Shown one piece after another: positions 49,644 through 58,318 of a stretch of DNA of 64,000 bases. Origin of the DNA: Sulfuricurvum sp. (GTDB taxonomy: Bacteria; Campylobacterota; Campylobacteria; Campylobacterales; Sulfurimonadaceae); assembly GCA_050178755.1 (NCBI GenBank), contig JBFXFU010000014.1, positions 661 to 64,660 on the forward strand. The letters run 5' to 3'. Numbering within the stretch: position 1 is the first letter of the stretch; every line of letters starts with the position of its first letter. The position numbers and the translations under genes were made by a program. The notes under the pieces were generated by a model that was not told the origin of the DNA, made no database searches, and worked only from the letters and a program-made list of their open reading frames with translations.

Positions 49644-51775
49644 TTAAAAACGTTTGGTGAAACTTAAAAAGAAGTTTCTGCCTTCCCGCAGGATCCCTCC
49701 GGCCGTATTATAATAGTAGCTGGGTTGACGGATATCGGCATCCAACAGATTTTTAACACTCAAACGCATTTCAGTCGAAGGAGAGAATCTGTACGTAACG
49801 GTTTCATCGACAATATGCTGAGGAGCTACGGTCGTATCCGTCCCATCGTCCGTGATCCAGCTCAATTTTGACTGCGTGGTTCGGGAATAATACTGCCAGG
49901 TGGTTCCAAAAGAGAGGCTGTCAGTAGGTTTATATATGTACATCCCTTTGAGCATCACTTTTGAAATATCGGGCATCGATTGATTGAGCGATACGGAACC
50001 CTCTTCCGGAGGAGTCGTATAATCAGTGTTGATGTAGGATGCGTTTAGATAAAGGTCATGCGCCGATTCCGTCCGAAAGTTGTATTCGAATTCGATCCCC
50101 TTGCTCTTTCGATCGGGATAATTCTGATATCCCGGGATCGTCGAATAATACTCTTCAAGATCGATGACGTTTTTAAGGTCCGAGTAGAAAAAATCAACGC
50201 TGAATTTATGATTGAAGTTCGGCGTATACACGGCAATGGCTTCGTATGTGTCGGTCTCTTCGGGTTTGATCGACGCGACGCCCGCACGGTAATTGATATG
50301 ACCGTTTGCGTAGGCTTCGGTAAACGTCGGAGCTCGAAATGCCGATCCGTACAGAAGCTTCAGAACGGTCGTCTCGTTTGCCCGGTATACGAGCGCCGCC
50401 CGCTTGCTCCACTGAGCTCCGATGTCCGAATAATGGTCCAGTCGTGTTCCCAAAATCAGATCCACATCGGCCCCCAGAGAGATCAGATCCTGAACGTAGC
50501 CGTATCCGATTGTCCGGCTCTGTCCCGACTGGATGAAACTGGTCGTCGGATTAGCCCAATAGGCAGGTTCCCTGGCTTCACGAAATCGAAACGAAGGATA
50601 TCCCGGACTCGCAAGAATAGTTGAGAGGTTGCTGCTGATGGCGTTTTCAACGCTGTTATAATAATTGTCTTTTGGCAAACGCACGTCCCGTCCCCCGATT
50701 CCGGCAACAATATCATTGGAACGCCATTTGGGAAAGCTGAGTACCGTTTCGGCTTCGACGTTTCGTTCCTTCATTTTTTCAGTGAAATAAAACCCCTCTT
50801 GCATATCGACTCCGACAACGGCGAACCGTCTCGCTACCGTCGACATGTCCGAGATATTTGCCCCTTCCTCCAATATACGTTCCGAAACGTTTATCTTGGA
50901 CTCTACACCGATATCGTTTAATCGGGTTTTGTACGAAATCTGCGAAAAAAGATAGCTGTTGATATGTTCTTTGGGAGAAACCGGTATGGGATCGAGGTCC
51001 TCTTCAAACCCGTAAAAATTTCCGTATACACTCCGTTTGTAGCGGGCCAACAGTTCCAACCCCTCTTTGCGGGCTTTGAATCCTACCGATAGGTCACGCA
51101 TCGATTCATCCGTTTCCTCGTTTCGTCCTTCCACCGGTAACGATTTGGAATTTCGTGCCAGATAGCCGTCCGAAAACAGTTTCCATCCTCCGGCCGTCGT
51201 GTGGACATTCATCCCGGCATTCAATAAACCGTAACTACCGGTCCCCAGAAAGACCGGTTTTCCTCTTTTGCATTTCCGAGACGGGTAATCACGTTGACCG
51301 TGCCGTAAAAAGCACCGGACCCCTGCATCGTCGAATTCGGTCCGCGCAACACTTCGATCCTCTCGACGAGCTGCAAGGGAAAATCCATATAAAAATCGCT
51401 CGATCCCGACACTTCGTTATTGATCGCTACACCATCAATCAAAATTTTGATTTTATCGGAGAGGTACGCGTTTGGATTTTTCAATCCTCTTACCGTCGGC
51501 ATGACATATCCCATCGGACTAAGCTGCATTTGAAAACCGGGAAGCATCCCCAATGCCTCCCCTACATTCTGAATCCCCGCATCCAGATAGGTCTGCGCAT
51601 CGATAATACTGACGGCTGAAGGAAGATAATCGACATTGAGAGACTTTTTGGTAGCCAACGCACTGGCATTTTCCAATATTGCCTCGAAATCTCCGATATC
51701 TGTGGTGTTCGCCCCATACAACGATCCATATACCAATAAAATCAGCATAGACCCGAATCCCATACGTTTTGCCAT
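49644..51775 (-). pseudogene. TonB-dependent outer-membrane receptor, split by a 1-nt frameshift at about 51250-51265
   Basis: The N-terminal ORF has plug motifs (LPSAVSII, VRGL, ERIEVLRGPNS..GSGAFYGTVNVIT). The C-terminal ORF is a beta-barrel (NLLD..., ends GRNFFLSFTKRF). Adding one base fuses them into about 710 aa. Confidence 0.85.
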
Positions 51776-51890
51776 TGCTAAAGCATTTCCCCCTGCTTCT
51801 AGATATAACGGTCAATTATACATTTTTTTATTATTTCTCCGATAATATGACAATCTGTTCCGTTGCAACTTCTAGAAAAGGGTACCGTTA

Positions 51891-52448
51891 GTGACAAAAA
51901 AGATAATTCGGTATGGATTGATTTTTGTCTTTTTCGGATATTCGGCCTGCGCCGAATCGTACGATGATTCCGTTTTGGAAATCGTCTCAAAAATTCTCCC
52001 TCGCCTTGTCCTGATGAGTTCTCAAAAAAATACCATAGACAATCGAATCGGTATCTGCGTAGCCCATGAACCCTCCGATACGGAGGAAGCGGATACGCTC
52101 ATTCGGAAAATCCGCACCAATTATCCCACCGGAATCAAAGGGTATCCTCTGGTACTCAGCAGTTATGAGTATAAAAACGTCGCCGCATGCCAGAAAAATC
52201 AAATTGCTTTCTTGTTTGATTCCAATGGAGAAACCATCAAAAAAGCGGTACGTATCTTGCATAAAAACGGAGTACTCTCGATGTCCTACGATCCGATCTA
52301 TCTGGAAAACGGCGTCGAATCTTCTTTGTTTATCGGCAGAAAAGTTACTCCGTATATCCACTTCGACGTACTTCAGCAAAACGGCATTGAAATCGACAAT
52401 GCCCTTTTGCAGATTTCAAAAATCTATTCGCAGCGAGACGGCAAATGA
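51891..52448 (+). CDS. YfiR/HmsC-like (DUF4154) periplasmic protein
   Basis: Signal peptide, two Cys, C-terminal PYIHFDVLQQNGIEIDNALLQISKI similar to the YfiR family; 4-nt overlap with the cyclase gene. Confidence 0.7.
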   Translation: MTKKIIRYGLIFVFFGYSACAESYDDSVLEIVSKILPRLVLMSSQKNTIDNRIGICVAHEPSDTEEADTLIRKIRTNYPTGIKGYPLVLSSYEYKNVAACQKNQIAFLFDSNGETIKKAVRILHKNGVLSMSYDPIYLENGVESSLFIGRKVTPYIHFDVLQQNGIEIDNALLQISKIYSQRDGK

Positions 52449-53716
52449 TTCGTAACATCAGTATTGAACTCAAAATGATTCTCGGTGCCATCTTGTTTGT
52501 ACTGCTGTTAAGCGGGTTTGAACGCTACGAATTTACCCAAAATATCCTCTCTCAGTTTGCAGAGTCGAAAAAAGCCAAAAATACTCTTCTGGTCAATACG
52601 ATCTCACCGATCGTGGGGCTCAATATTTCGCTTGGACTTGACGATGCGAATCACGAATATCTGGATCAGATTGTTCGTCAAAATCATGATTTAACCCATT
52701 TCCTCCTCACCGATGCCGACAATCGGGTATTATATCGCTATACCAAAAATGTTCCTCCCATATCCCATACGGCCAAAGACGGAGTACATTCTATCCATCG
52801 CCCTATACTCGATCCCGTTACCCAAGAACGTATCGGCGAAGTAACGTTGCGGTTTGACGACCATGAATACCGGCAGCTTCTGGAAAAAAACCATGAAACG
52901 GGTTTGCGAATCTACCTGATTACGTTTTTTGCGTTACTGTTGTTCGTCGCGTATATCCGGCAGGAGTTTCGTTTTCTCAAACAACTGAGCCGTCACGTAC
53001 ATAACTATGATCCGCGCATCAATAATTTTTCCCTGCAATCGACCGAACGTAAAGACGAAGTGGGAATTATTCATAATGCCATCGTATCGATGGTTGATCG
53101 GATACGCAGCCATACGGTACTCTTGGATGATATGAACCGTTCTTTAGCCCAAAAAGTAGAGGAAAGGACCAAAGAGCTTCAAGACGCGAACGTCCGTTTA
53201 CTAGAGCTCTCCACGACCGATCCTCTGACCCTTTTGCCGAACCGGAGATATCTGGAAGATCATTTGCATAATATCTGGGAACTGGCCAAACGTCAGAACG
53301 TCAGCGTGTCGGTCATTATGTGTGATATTGACCACTTTAAACGGATCAACGATACCTACGGACATATCATTGGCGATTTCGTTCTCAAAGACATCGCGCT
53401 GTTGCTAAAAACAGTACTCAAACGCAATACCGATTTTATCGCCCGTTTCGGGGGTGAAGAGTTCATTGTCATTCTTTATGACACTGGTGTGGACGATGCC
53501 AAAAACGTTTGTCAATCGATGCAGGCTGCCATCAGCAGTAAAAAACGGTTTGAATATCAAGGGATTTCTCTGGAAACGGTCACTTTGAGTTTCGGTATTG
53601 CATCGGTAATTCCTCATACCGACAGCCAGTACTACGATCTCATAAACCTTGCCGATATGGCATTGTATCGGGCAAAACAAGAAGGCCGGAGCCGTTTTGT
53701 CTCTATTGGAAATTAA
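52445..53716 (+). CDS. Membrane diguanylate cyclase (periplasmic domain, HAMP, GGDEF; YfiN-like)
   Basis: Two TM segments, HAMP-like DEVGIIHNAI, DPLTLLPNRR, DIDHFKRINDTYGH, I-site RNTD, RFGGEEF. Confidence 0.93.
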   Translation: MIRNISIELKMILGAILFVLLLSGFERYEFTQNILSQFAESKKAKNTLLVNTISPIVGLNISLGLDDANHEYLDQIVRQNHDLTHFLLTDADNRVLYRYTKNVPPISHTAKDGVHSIHRPILDPVTQERIGEVTLRFDDHEYRQLLEKNHETGLRIYLITFFALLLFVAYIRQEFRFLKQLSRHVHNYDPRINNFSLQSTERKDEVGIIHNAIVSMVDRIRSHTVLLDDMNRSLAQKVEERTKELQDANVRLLELSTTDPLTLLPNRRYLEDHLHNIWELAKRQNVSVSVIMCDIDHFKRINDTYGHIIGDFVLKDIALLLKTVLKRNTDFIARFGGEEFIVILYDTGVDDAKNVCQSMQAAISSKKRFEYQGISLETVTLSFGIASVIPHTDSQYYDLINLADMALYRAKQEGRSRFVSIGN

Positions 53717-53736
53717 TCTTATTCGAAAGAGTTTTT

Positions 53737-54201
53737 ATGATTCATACCGTTTTATGCGATTTTAACGATCCTGATCATGTCAGGGCATTTCTCGACCTTT
53801 TACGCCATTATATGGACGATCCGATGGGAAGCAGTACGCCCCATTCTATGGAAAAAGAGGCCGAACTCATCGAAGCACTCTCCTCCATGCCTCACGCATT
53901 CGTCATGCTGGCACACGATACCGATACCTATGTCGGAATGGCGACGTGTTTTGTGTCGTATTCAACTTTTGCCGTTGCTCCGGTCGTCAATATCCACGAT
54001 ATCGTCGTTTTGTCCCAAGAAAGGGGGAAAGGGATCGGTCGGGAGCTGCTTCGCAGTATCAGTGCCGTAGCCGACGAGCTTGGGTGTTCCAAAATCACGC
54101 TGGAAGTACGGATCGACAACCCCGTTGCGCAAGCTCTGTACCGCTCCGAAGGGTTCGAAGATTGTGAACCTCCGATGATGTTTTGGCGTAAACCGCTCTA
54201 A
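53737..54201 (+). CDS. GNAT-family N-acetyltransferase
   Basis: IHDIVV...RGKGIGRELL...ITLEVRIDNPVAQALYRSEGF. Confidence 0.92.
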   Translation: MIHTVLCDFNDPDHVRAFLDLLRHYMDDPMGSSTPHSMEKEAELIEALSSMPHAFVMLAHDTDTYVGMATCFVSYSTFAVAPVVNIHDIVVLSQERGKGIGRELLRSISAVADELGCSKITLEVRIDNPVAQALYRSEGFEDCEPPMMFWRKPL

Positions 54202-54419
54202 AGCAGTCCGTCCCGCTGCATCCGTTCTTGCAGCGCGATGAGTATATAGGCGCTGAGTGTTCCGCCATGAAGTTTCCGAATTTTTTCTTCCCATTCGACG
54301 GGAATCGTGATGAGCTTTTTTTTCTTCTCTTTTTCCCCGGGTTCACCGGTTTCACGCTCGCTCATTGCCGCTGAATTTTTCACTTTTTCTATGTTTTGCA
54401 AAAAGTTTTTTTTAGCCAT
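54198..54419 (-). CDS. Small ribbon-helix-helix-like protein (ParG/CopG-like partner of ParA)
   Basis: Basic flexible N-terminus, then strand LITIP and helices VEWEEKIRKL / TLSAYILIALQERM; directly downstream of parA. Confidence 0.55.
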   Translation of the reverse strand: MAKKNFLQNIEKVKNSAAMSERETGEPGEKEKKKKLITIPVEWEEKIRKLHGGTLSAYILIALQERMQRDGLL

Positions 54420-54451
54420 ATTATATCCCTTATATATATTTTATATATTGT

Positions 54452-55093
54452 TTAAATATTCAGAAGTCCTTTAACCTCATCAAAAAGTGCATCCATTTCC
54501 TGATCGGCTTTACTGAAAATACGGTACTCTTTAATGCTCTTTCCCTCACCCACCGAATGGGCCAGATCGACGCGCTGCCGTAATACGGATACCATCAGGT
54601 CGAAATGTTCGGACATACAGATGAAATCGATCAATTCCCCAAACCGTTTCATTGCCGGATTGATGTTGTTAAACAATACGCGGGTTTTCAAAGTCTCCCC
54701 CTGAATTTTAGAAAGGCTTTGCAGTATCTCTTCGTATTTTTGCAATCCCATCAAATCAAACGGTTTGTCGCTGATCGGAGTGATCAGCACATCCGAAGCG
54801 ACAATGGCAACCCGGTTAAACGCACTGTCAAATCCCCCCGAATCGATAATCGTTAACCGATCGGCTGAATCGTTGCGGGCATAATCGGCCAGTTCTTCGG
54901 CCGTATCGAAATGAAGCATGCGTATCGGCAATAGATTCTGCCCTTCTCGCAAGGCATTGGTTACGGTCAATGAACGCTGCGTATCGAGATCAATAATGGA
55001 CGTTTCAATGATTTTTGAAAAATTTACGGCGAGATTCCAGGCTACGGTCGATTTGCCGACTCCGCCTTTCTGATGCGACAGTGTGAGGATCAT
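54452..55093 (-). CDS. parA: ParA-family ATPase (short, no N-terminal HTH; type Ib-like)
   Basis: Deviant Walker A KGGVGKST, IDLDTQ, IIDSGG; about 213 aa. Confidence 0.9.
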   Translation of the reverse strand: MILTLSHQKGGVGKSTVAWNLAVNFSKIIETSIIDLDTQRSLTVTNALREGQNLLPIRMLHFDTAEELADYARNDSADRLTIIDSGGFDSAFNRVAIVASDVLITPISDKPFDLMGLQKYEEILQSLSKIQGETLKTRVLFNNINPAMKRFGELIDFICMSEHFDLMVSVLRQRVDLAHSVGEGKSIKEYRIFSKADQEMDALFDEVKGLLNI

Positions 55094-55242
55094 AATAACC
55101 TTCAATACGTTTAAGATATCGAAAGTATATATTTTAAATACTTAATTCATATCCAGAGCCTTACTCACTCCTACGGACACCTTTCCTCAGGGAACAGGTT
55201 AACCAACGTTCTATCCGTTCCCCACTCCACAATCGGCAAATG

Positions 55243-55653
55243 TTAATGAAACACCACCCCTTCATACCGGTCAAAGACCCACTCCGCAACCGCCTGACGT
55301 TCTTTATCGCTTAGTTTCCCTTTGAGTGAGGGCATGGTGCCGAATTTTTCCAACGCCATCGGATGGCACATGCTGTACTGGACGCTCGGATTTTCAATGT
55401 AGTCTTTGATAAAGGCGGTAATGACGCGTCGTTTGACATCGTTATCGTCGTCGGCAATTTGGACGTTTTCCTTGAGCCGTCCGGAAACTTCGACCATCGG
55501 AGGCGCTTTGAGCGACGGAAGGTGCTTGACCACTTCGGATTTTTCCATCATCTCCACGTGACATTTCATGCAATGCTTTTTATAGACGGCGTATCCGTCT
55601 ACCGCCGATACACAGAGCGGTACAATCATCAAAAGCGATAGGGTAAGTTTCAT
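55243..55653 (-). CDS. Mono-heme c-type cytochrome (exported)
   Basis: Signal peptide, CMKCH heme motif, candidate Met ligands (APPM, GTMP). Confidence 0.88.
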   Translation of the reverse strand: MKLTLSLLMIVPLCVSAVDGYAVYKKHCMKCHVEMMEKSEVVKHLPSLKAPPMVEVSGRLKENVQIADDDNDVKRRVITAFIKDYIENPSVQYSMCHPMALEKFGTMPSLKGKLSDKERQAVAEWVFDRYEGVVFH

Positions 55654-56300
55654 ACGGTTTCCTTTATTGTGTTTGACAAAACAGGGTTGAGATCATTATC
55701 ATGGAATTCCAAAAGTCCCGGATAGTCGGCATAACTTGTCAAAATCTTCCAAACCCGATCCTGCCAGGCTTCGCCGAATGCGCGGCGTTCCTCTTCGTTT
55801 GCACTGTTATTTGTGATTTTTTTCATCCACTCAAACGTTCTAGGGTCAGCTGATACCATTGCCGGATTGTAACGTACACCGATTTTTTTTCGGGTATCGA
55901 GACGTTCAAAAACCATATCGTCGCTCATCTGTGCATCGAAATGAAGCAATCCTCGTCGATCATACATCCCGTTTAGTCCTTGAAAGCCCCCGATATCGGC
56001 AGCCCCCGTAATCATTGAAGCAACATTCGCTACCACACCGACGGTCCCCTCTCCCAAACGTCCCCGAATCCAGACCGCAATCTCTCCTCGTACCGGTATC
56101 GAATCGGGATACAACCGAGCCAGAGCCTCACGCACCATCAAAAATACACCCGCTACCGTCGGACACGAATGACCGGCAAGCTTGAGCATATCCTTGTATT
56201 CGTAGGTGAGGACCCCCTCGCTTGAAACACCAAGCGTCTCAAGAAGAGGATCCATCATCACAACCGGGTTTACCGATCGAAAACGTTCCAAACCATCCAT
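55650..56300 (-). CDS. FmdE-family protein
   Basis: LAGHSCPTVAGVF resembles the FmdE HGHxCP motif; 4-nt overlap with the cytochrome c gene. Confidence 0.7.
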   Translation of the reverse strand: MDGLERFRSVNPVVMMDPLLETLGVSSEGVLTYEYKDMLKLAGHSCPTVAGVFLMVREALARLYPDSIPVRGEIAVWIRGRLGEGTVGVVANVASMITGAADIGGFQGLNGMYDRRGLLHFDAQMSDDMVFERLDTRKKIGVRYNPAMVSADPRTFEWMKKITNNSANEEERRAFGEAWQDRVWKILTSYADYPGLLEFHDNDLNPVLSNTIKETV

Positions 56301-56343
56301 ATTACCCCTTTTTTACCATTGCTCTTGTCGACGACGTTCCGGC

Positions 56344-56385
56344 ATTATAGAAAAAACCCACGCCGATCGAATTGACCGATATCAA
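56344..56385 (-). promoter_or_regulatory. Class II Crp/Fnr-type promoter: TTGAC-CGAT-ATCAA centred at -41.5
   Basis: Box at 56372-56385. Minus-strand TATAAT at 56349-56344 gives +1 at about 56337, putting the box centre (56378.5) at -41.5. Confidence 0.65.
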
Positions 56386-56465
56386 TGCAAACGGCAGAGA
56401 AGGAGAAGATTAAGAATTGTTTCGTTACACTCCATACCTATCGAAACCGTTTAAGAGGAATCATT

Positions 56466-56867
56466 ATGGAAGGTGGAACGCTTACCCTATTTGTCGGTAT
56501 TATTGCCGCATGTATGGTGATTATAACGCTTGTCGTCATCGTCATCGGAATTCAATTGTTCAAAACCGTCCAACGAATCCATGAGTTCATTGCCATCGCC
56601 CAAAACGAACTGAGTTTTATTTCCAGTAAGGCCGTCGTCACCTTGCACGACGTCAGTGAGCTACTGAGTCATTTGAAAGAAGAGAGTACTTCAATCGGAG
56701 ATAAAACACGCCTTGCCCTCCATGAAGTTCGCGATCTGATCGCCTATATTCACACCGAAACGCAGGGACTCGCCCTCAAAGCTTCCAACGGCATTGCCAA
56801 AGTAACCGTCGGAACCCTTGCTATCGGTGCGCTTTCCCAGATTTTTCGCAAAAAACCAAAAGCATAA
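56466..56867 (+). CDS. DUF948 (YtxG-like) membrane-anchored coiled-coil protein
   Basis: One N-terminal TM helix followed by helical repeats. Confidence 0.55.
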   Translation: MEGGTLTLFVGIIAACMVIITLVVIVIGIQLFKTVQRIHEFIAIAQNELSFISSKAVVTLHDVSELLSHLKEESTSIGDKTRLALHEVRDLIAYIHTETQGLALKASNGIAKVTVGTLAIGALSQIFRKKPKA

Positions 56868-56876
56868 GGAGCATTC

Positions 56877-57197
56877 ATGAATCAAAACAATCTAGCCTCG
56901 TTTATTTTAGGAGCAGTCGCCGGTGGAGCTGCGGCCTATTATCTCTGTAAACATCAAGACGAAATCGTCGAAAAAATCCACGAACTCGAAGAAAACCTCC
57001 ACCTTGATCGGCATGAACTGATCGAAAGAGCCAAAGCGCAACTCGAAAAACTGACCCATACGTTTCAAAACACAATCGAACGCTACCATCAGCACACCGA
57101 CACCAGCGATGCGGCCAAAGAGAGCGAAGTAAGTCACATCATCGAAGAGCTCAATCGTCTCCGTGATGAAGTACAGGCTCTAAACGCCAATTCCTGA
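56877..57197 (+). CDS. YtxH-like protein
   Basis: FILGAVAGGAAAYYL N-terminus followed by an acidic coiled coil. Confidence 0.6.
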   Translation: MNQNNLASFILGAVAGGAAAYYLCKHQDEIVEKIHELEENLHLDRHELIERAKAQLEKLTHTFQNTIERYHQHTDTSDAAKESEVSHIIEELNRLRDEVQALNANS

Positions 57198-57206
57198 TCC
57201 CTATTC

Positions 57207-58274
57207 TCAAGGGACCGGCATACGATTCAGACGGCGTTGGATACGCAGCGTCGTCACCCCGAAGGCTACAACGGCCGGTCCTAAAATAAATCCCCAGAAT
57301 CCGAACGTCGCCAATCCTCCCACGATCGCAAAAAAGATGACAAACTCGTTGATGCGGCTTTTTCCGCTGCTGAGACTGCGATTGACAAAATTGAGAATGA
57401 CCAACTTAACGATATTGTCGATGAAAAAAGCCATCATCGCCCAAGAATAGAGTGAAATCACCACGGCATTGAAAATATGCCCTTCCATGTATTCGTTGAC
57501 CGCAACAGGGACCCATACCAATGCCGTTCCGACGACGGGTATGATTGCCGAAATACCCGTCAAGAATCCAAGCATGAGGGGATTATACCCTTCAAAAAAA
57601 GCGATAAAAATCCCAAATGCCAACCCTTGCGCGATCATAACTCCCATAAACGTAAAAAAGACGACGGCCGTAGTCGTCATCATATCTCCGAGAAATTCCC
57701 GTTTGATGGTTCTCGATACGGGAACGATCGGTAACAAAAACAAGATGATGGAACGACCGTACCAGCTCAAAAAAAAGAACCAGACGATTACCATCGCCAT
57801 TTCACCAAGCATCGCCATGAACGTCGTCAGACCGTTACCGAACCATTGAGCCACATAGGCGATGATGCTCTCTTGATGAAGCCGGGCCTGATGCATCATC
57901 GTATCGAGAGGAATCTGCAGCCATGAGAGGTACGAAGGGAGATACGCTGCAATATTTTCCAGACGGTTGACCGCCGAGCGGATCATGTTCATCGTATCGC
58001 CCGGATGGTCGAAGAGCTGAAACAAAAAAACGCTTAACGGTAAAAAGATGATCAAGGAGAGTGCTGCAGAGACCAATCCCGCCGCAATAAACGGAGACAA
58101 TGATGACAGCCATCCGATACGCGACAATTTTCGTTCCATCGAACGGTGGATCGGCGAAGTGGCCATGGCCAATAATACCGCCACAAAAAAACTTTTAAGA
58201 AACGGGAAAAACATCCAGCCGATCAAACCCATCGCCAAGATGGTCATCCACTGTAAAAATCGGCTCTGATTCAT
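57207..58274 (-). CDS. AI-2E family transporter
   Basis: Multi-TM protein; IPVVGTALVWVP, IDNIVK, GGLATFGFWGFILGP. Confidence 0.92.
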   Translation of the reverse strand: MNQSRFLQWMTILAMGLIGWMFFPFLKSFFVAVLLAMATSPIHRSMERKLSRIGWLSSLSPFIAAGLVSAALSLIIFLPLSVFLFQLFDHPGDTMNMIRSAVNRLENIAAYLPSYLSWLQIPLDTMMHQARLHQESIIAYVAQWFGNGLTTFMAMLGEMAMVIVWFFFLSWYGRSIILFLLPIVPVSRTIKREFLGDMMTTTAVVFFTFMGVMIAQGLAFGIFIAFFEGYNPLMLGFLTGISAIIPVVGTALVWVPVAVNEYMEGHIFNAVVISLYSWAMMAFFIDNIVKLVILNFVNRSLSSGKSRINEFVIFFAIVGGLATFGFWGFILGPAVVAFGVTTLRIQRRLNRMPVP

Positions 58275-58318
58275 CTATTCCTTTCTTTATTCTGTAGAGG
58301 TTTTGAGGTAATTGTACA

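Noticed and set aside
51221-51224. Selenocysteine readthrough or two genuinely separate genes at the TonB receptor TGA
   Set aside because: The downstream similarity is in a different frame, so readthrough would not restore the protein, and the barrel ORF has no signal peptide of its own.
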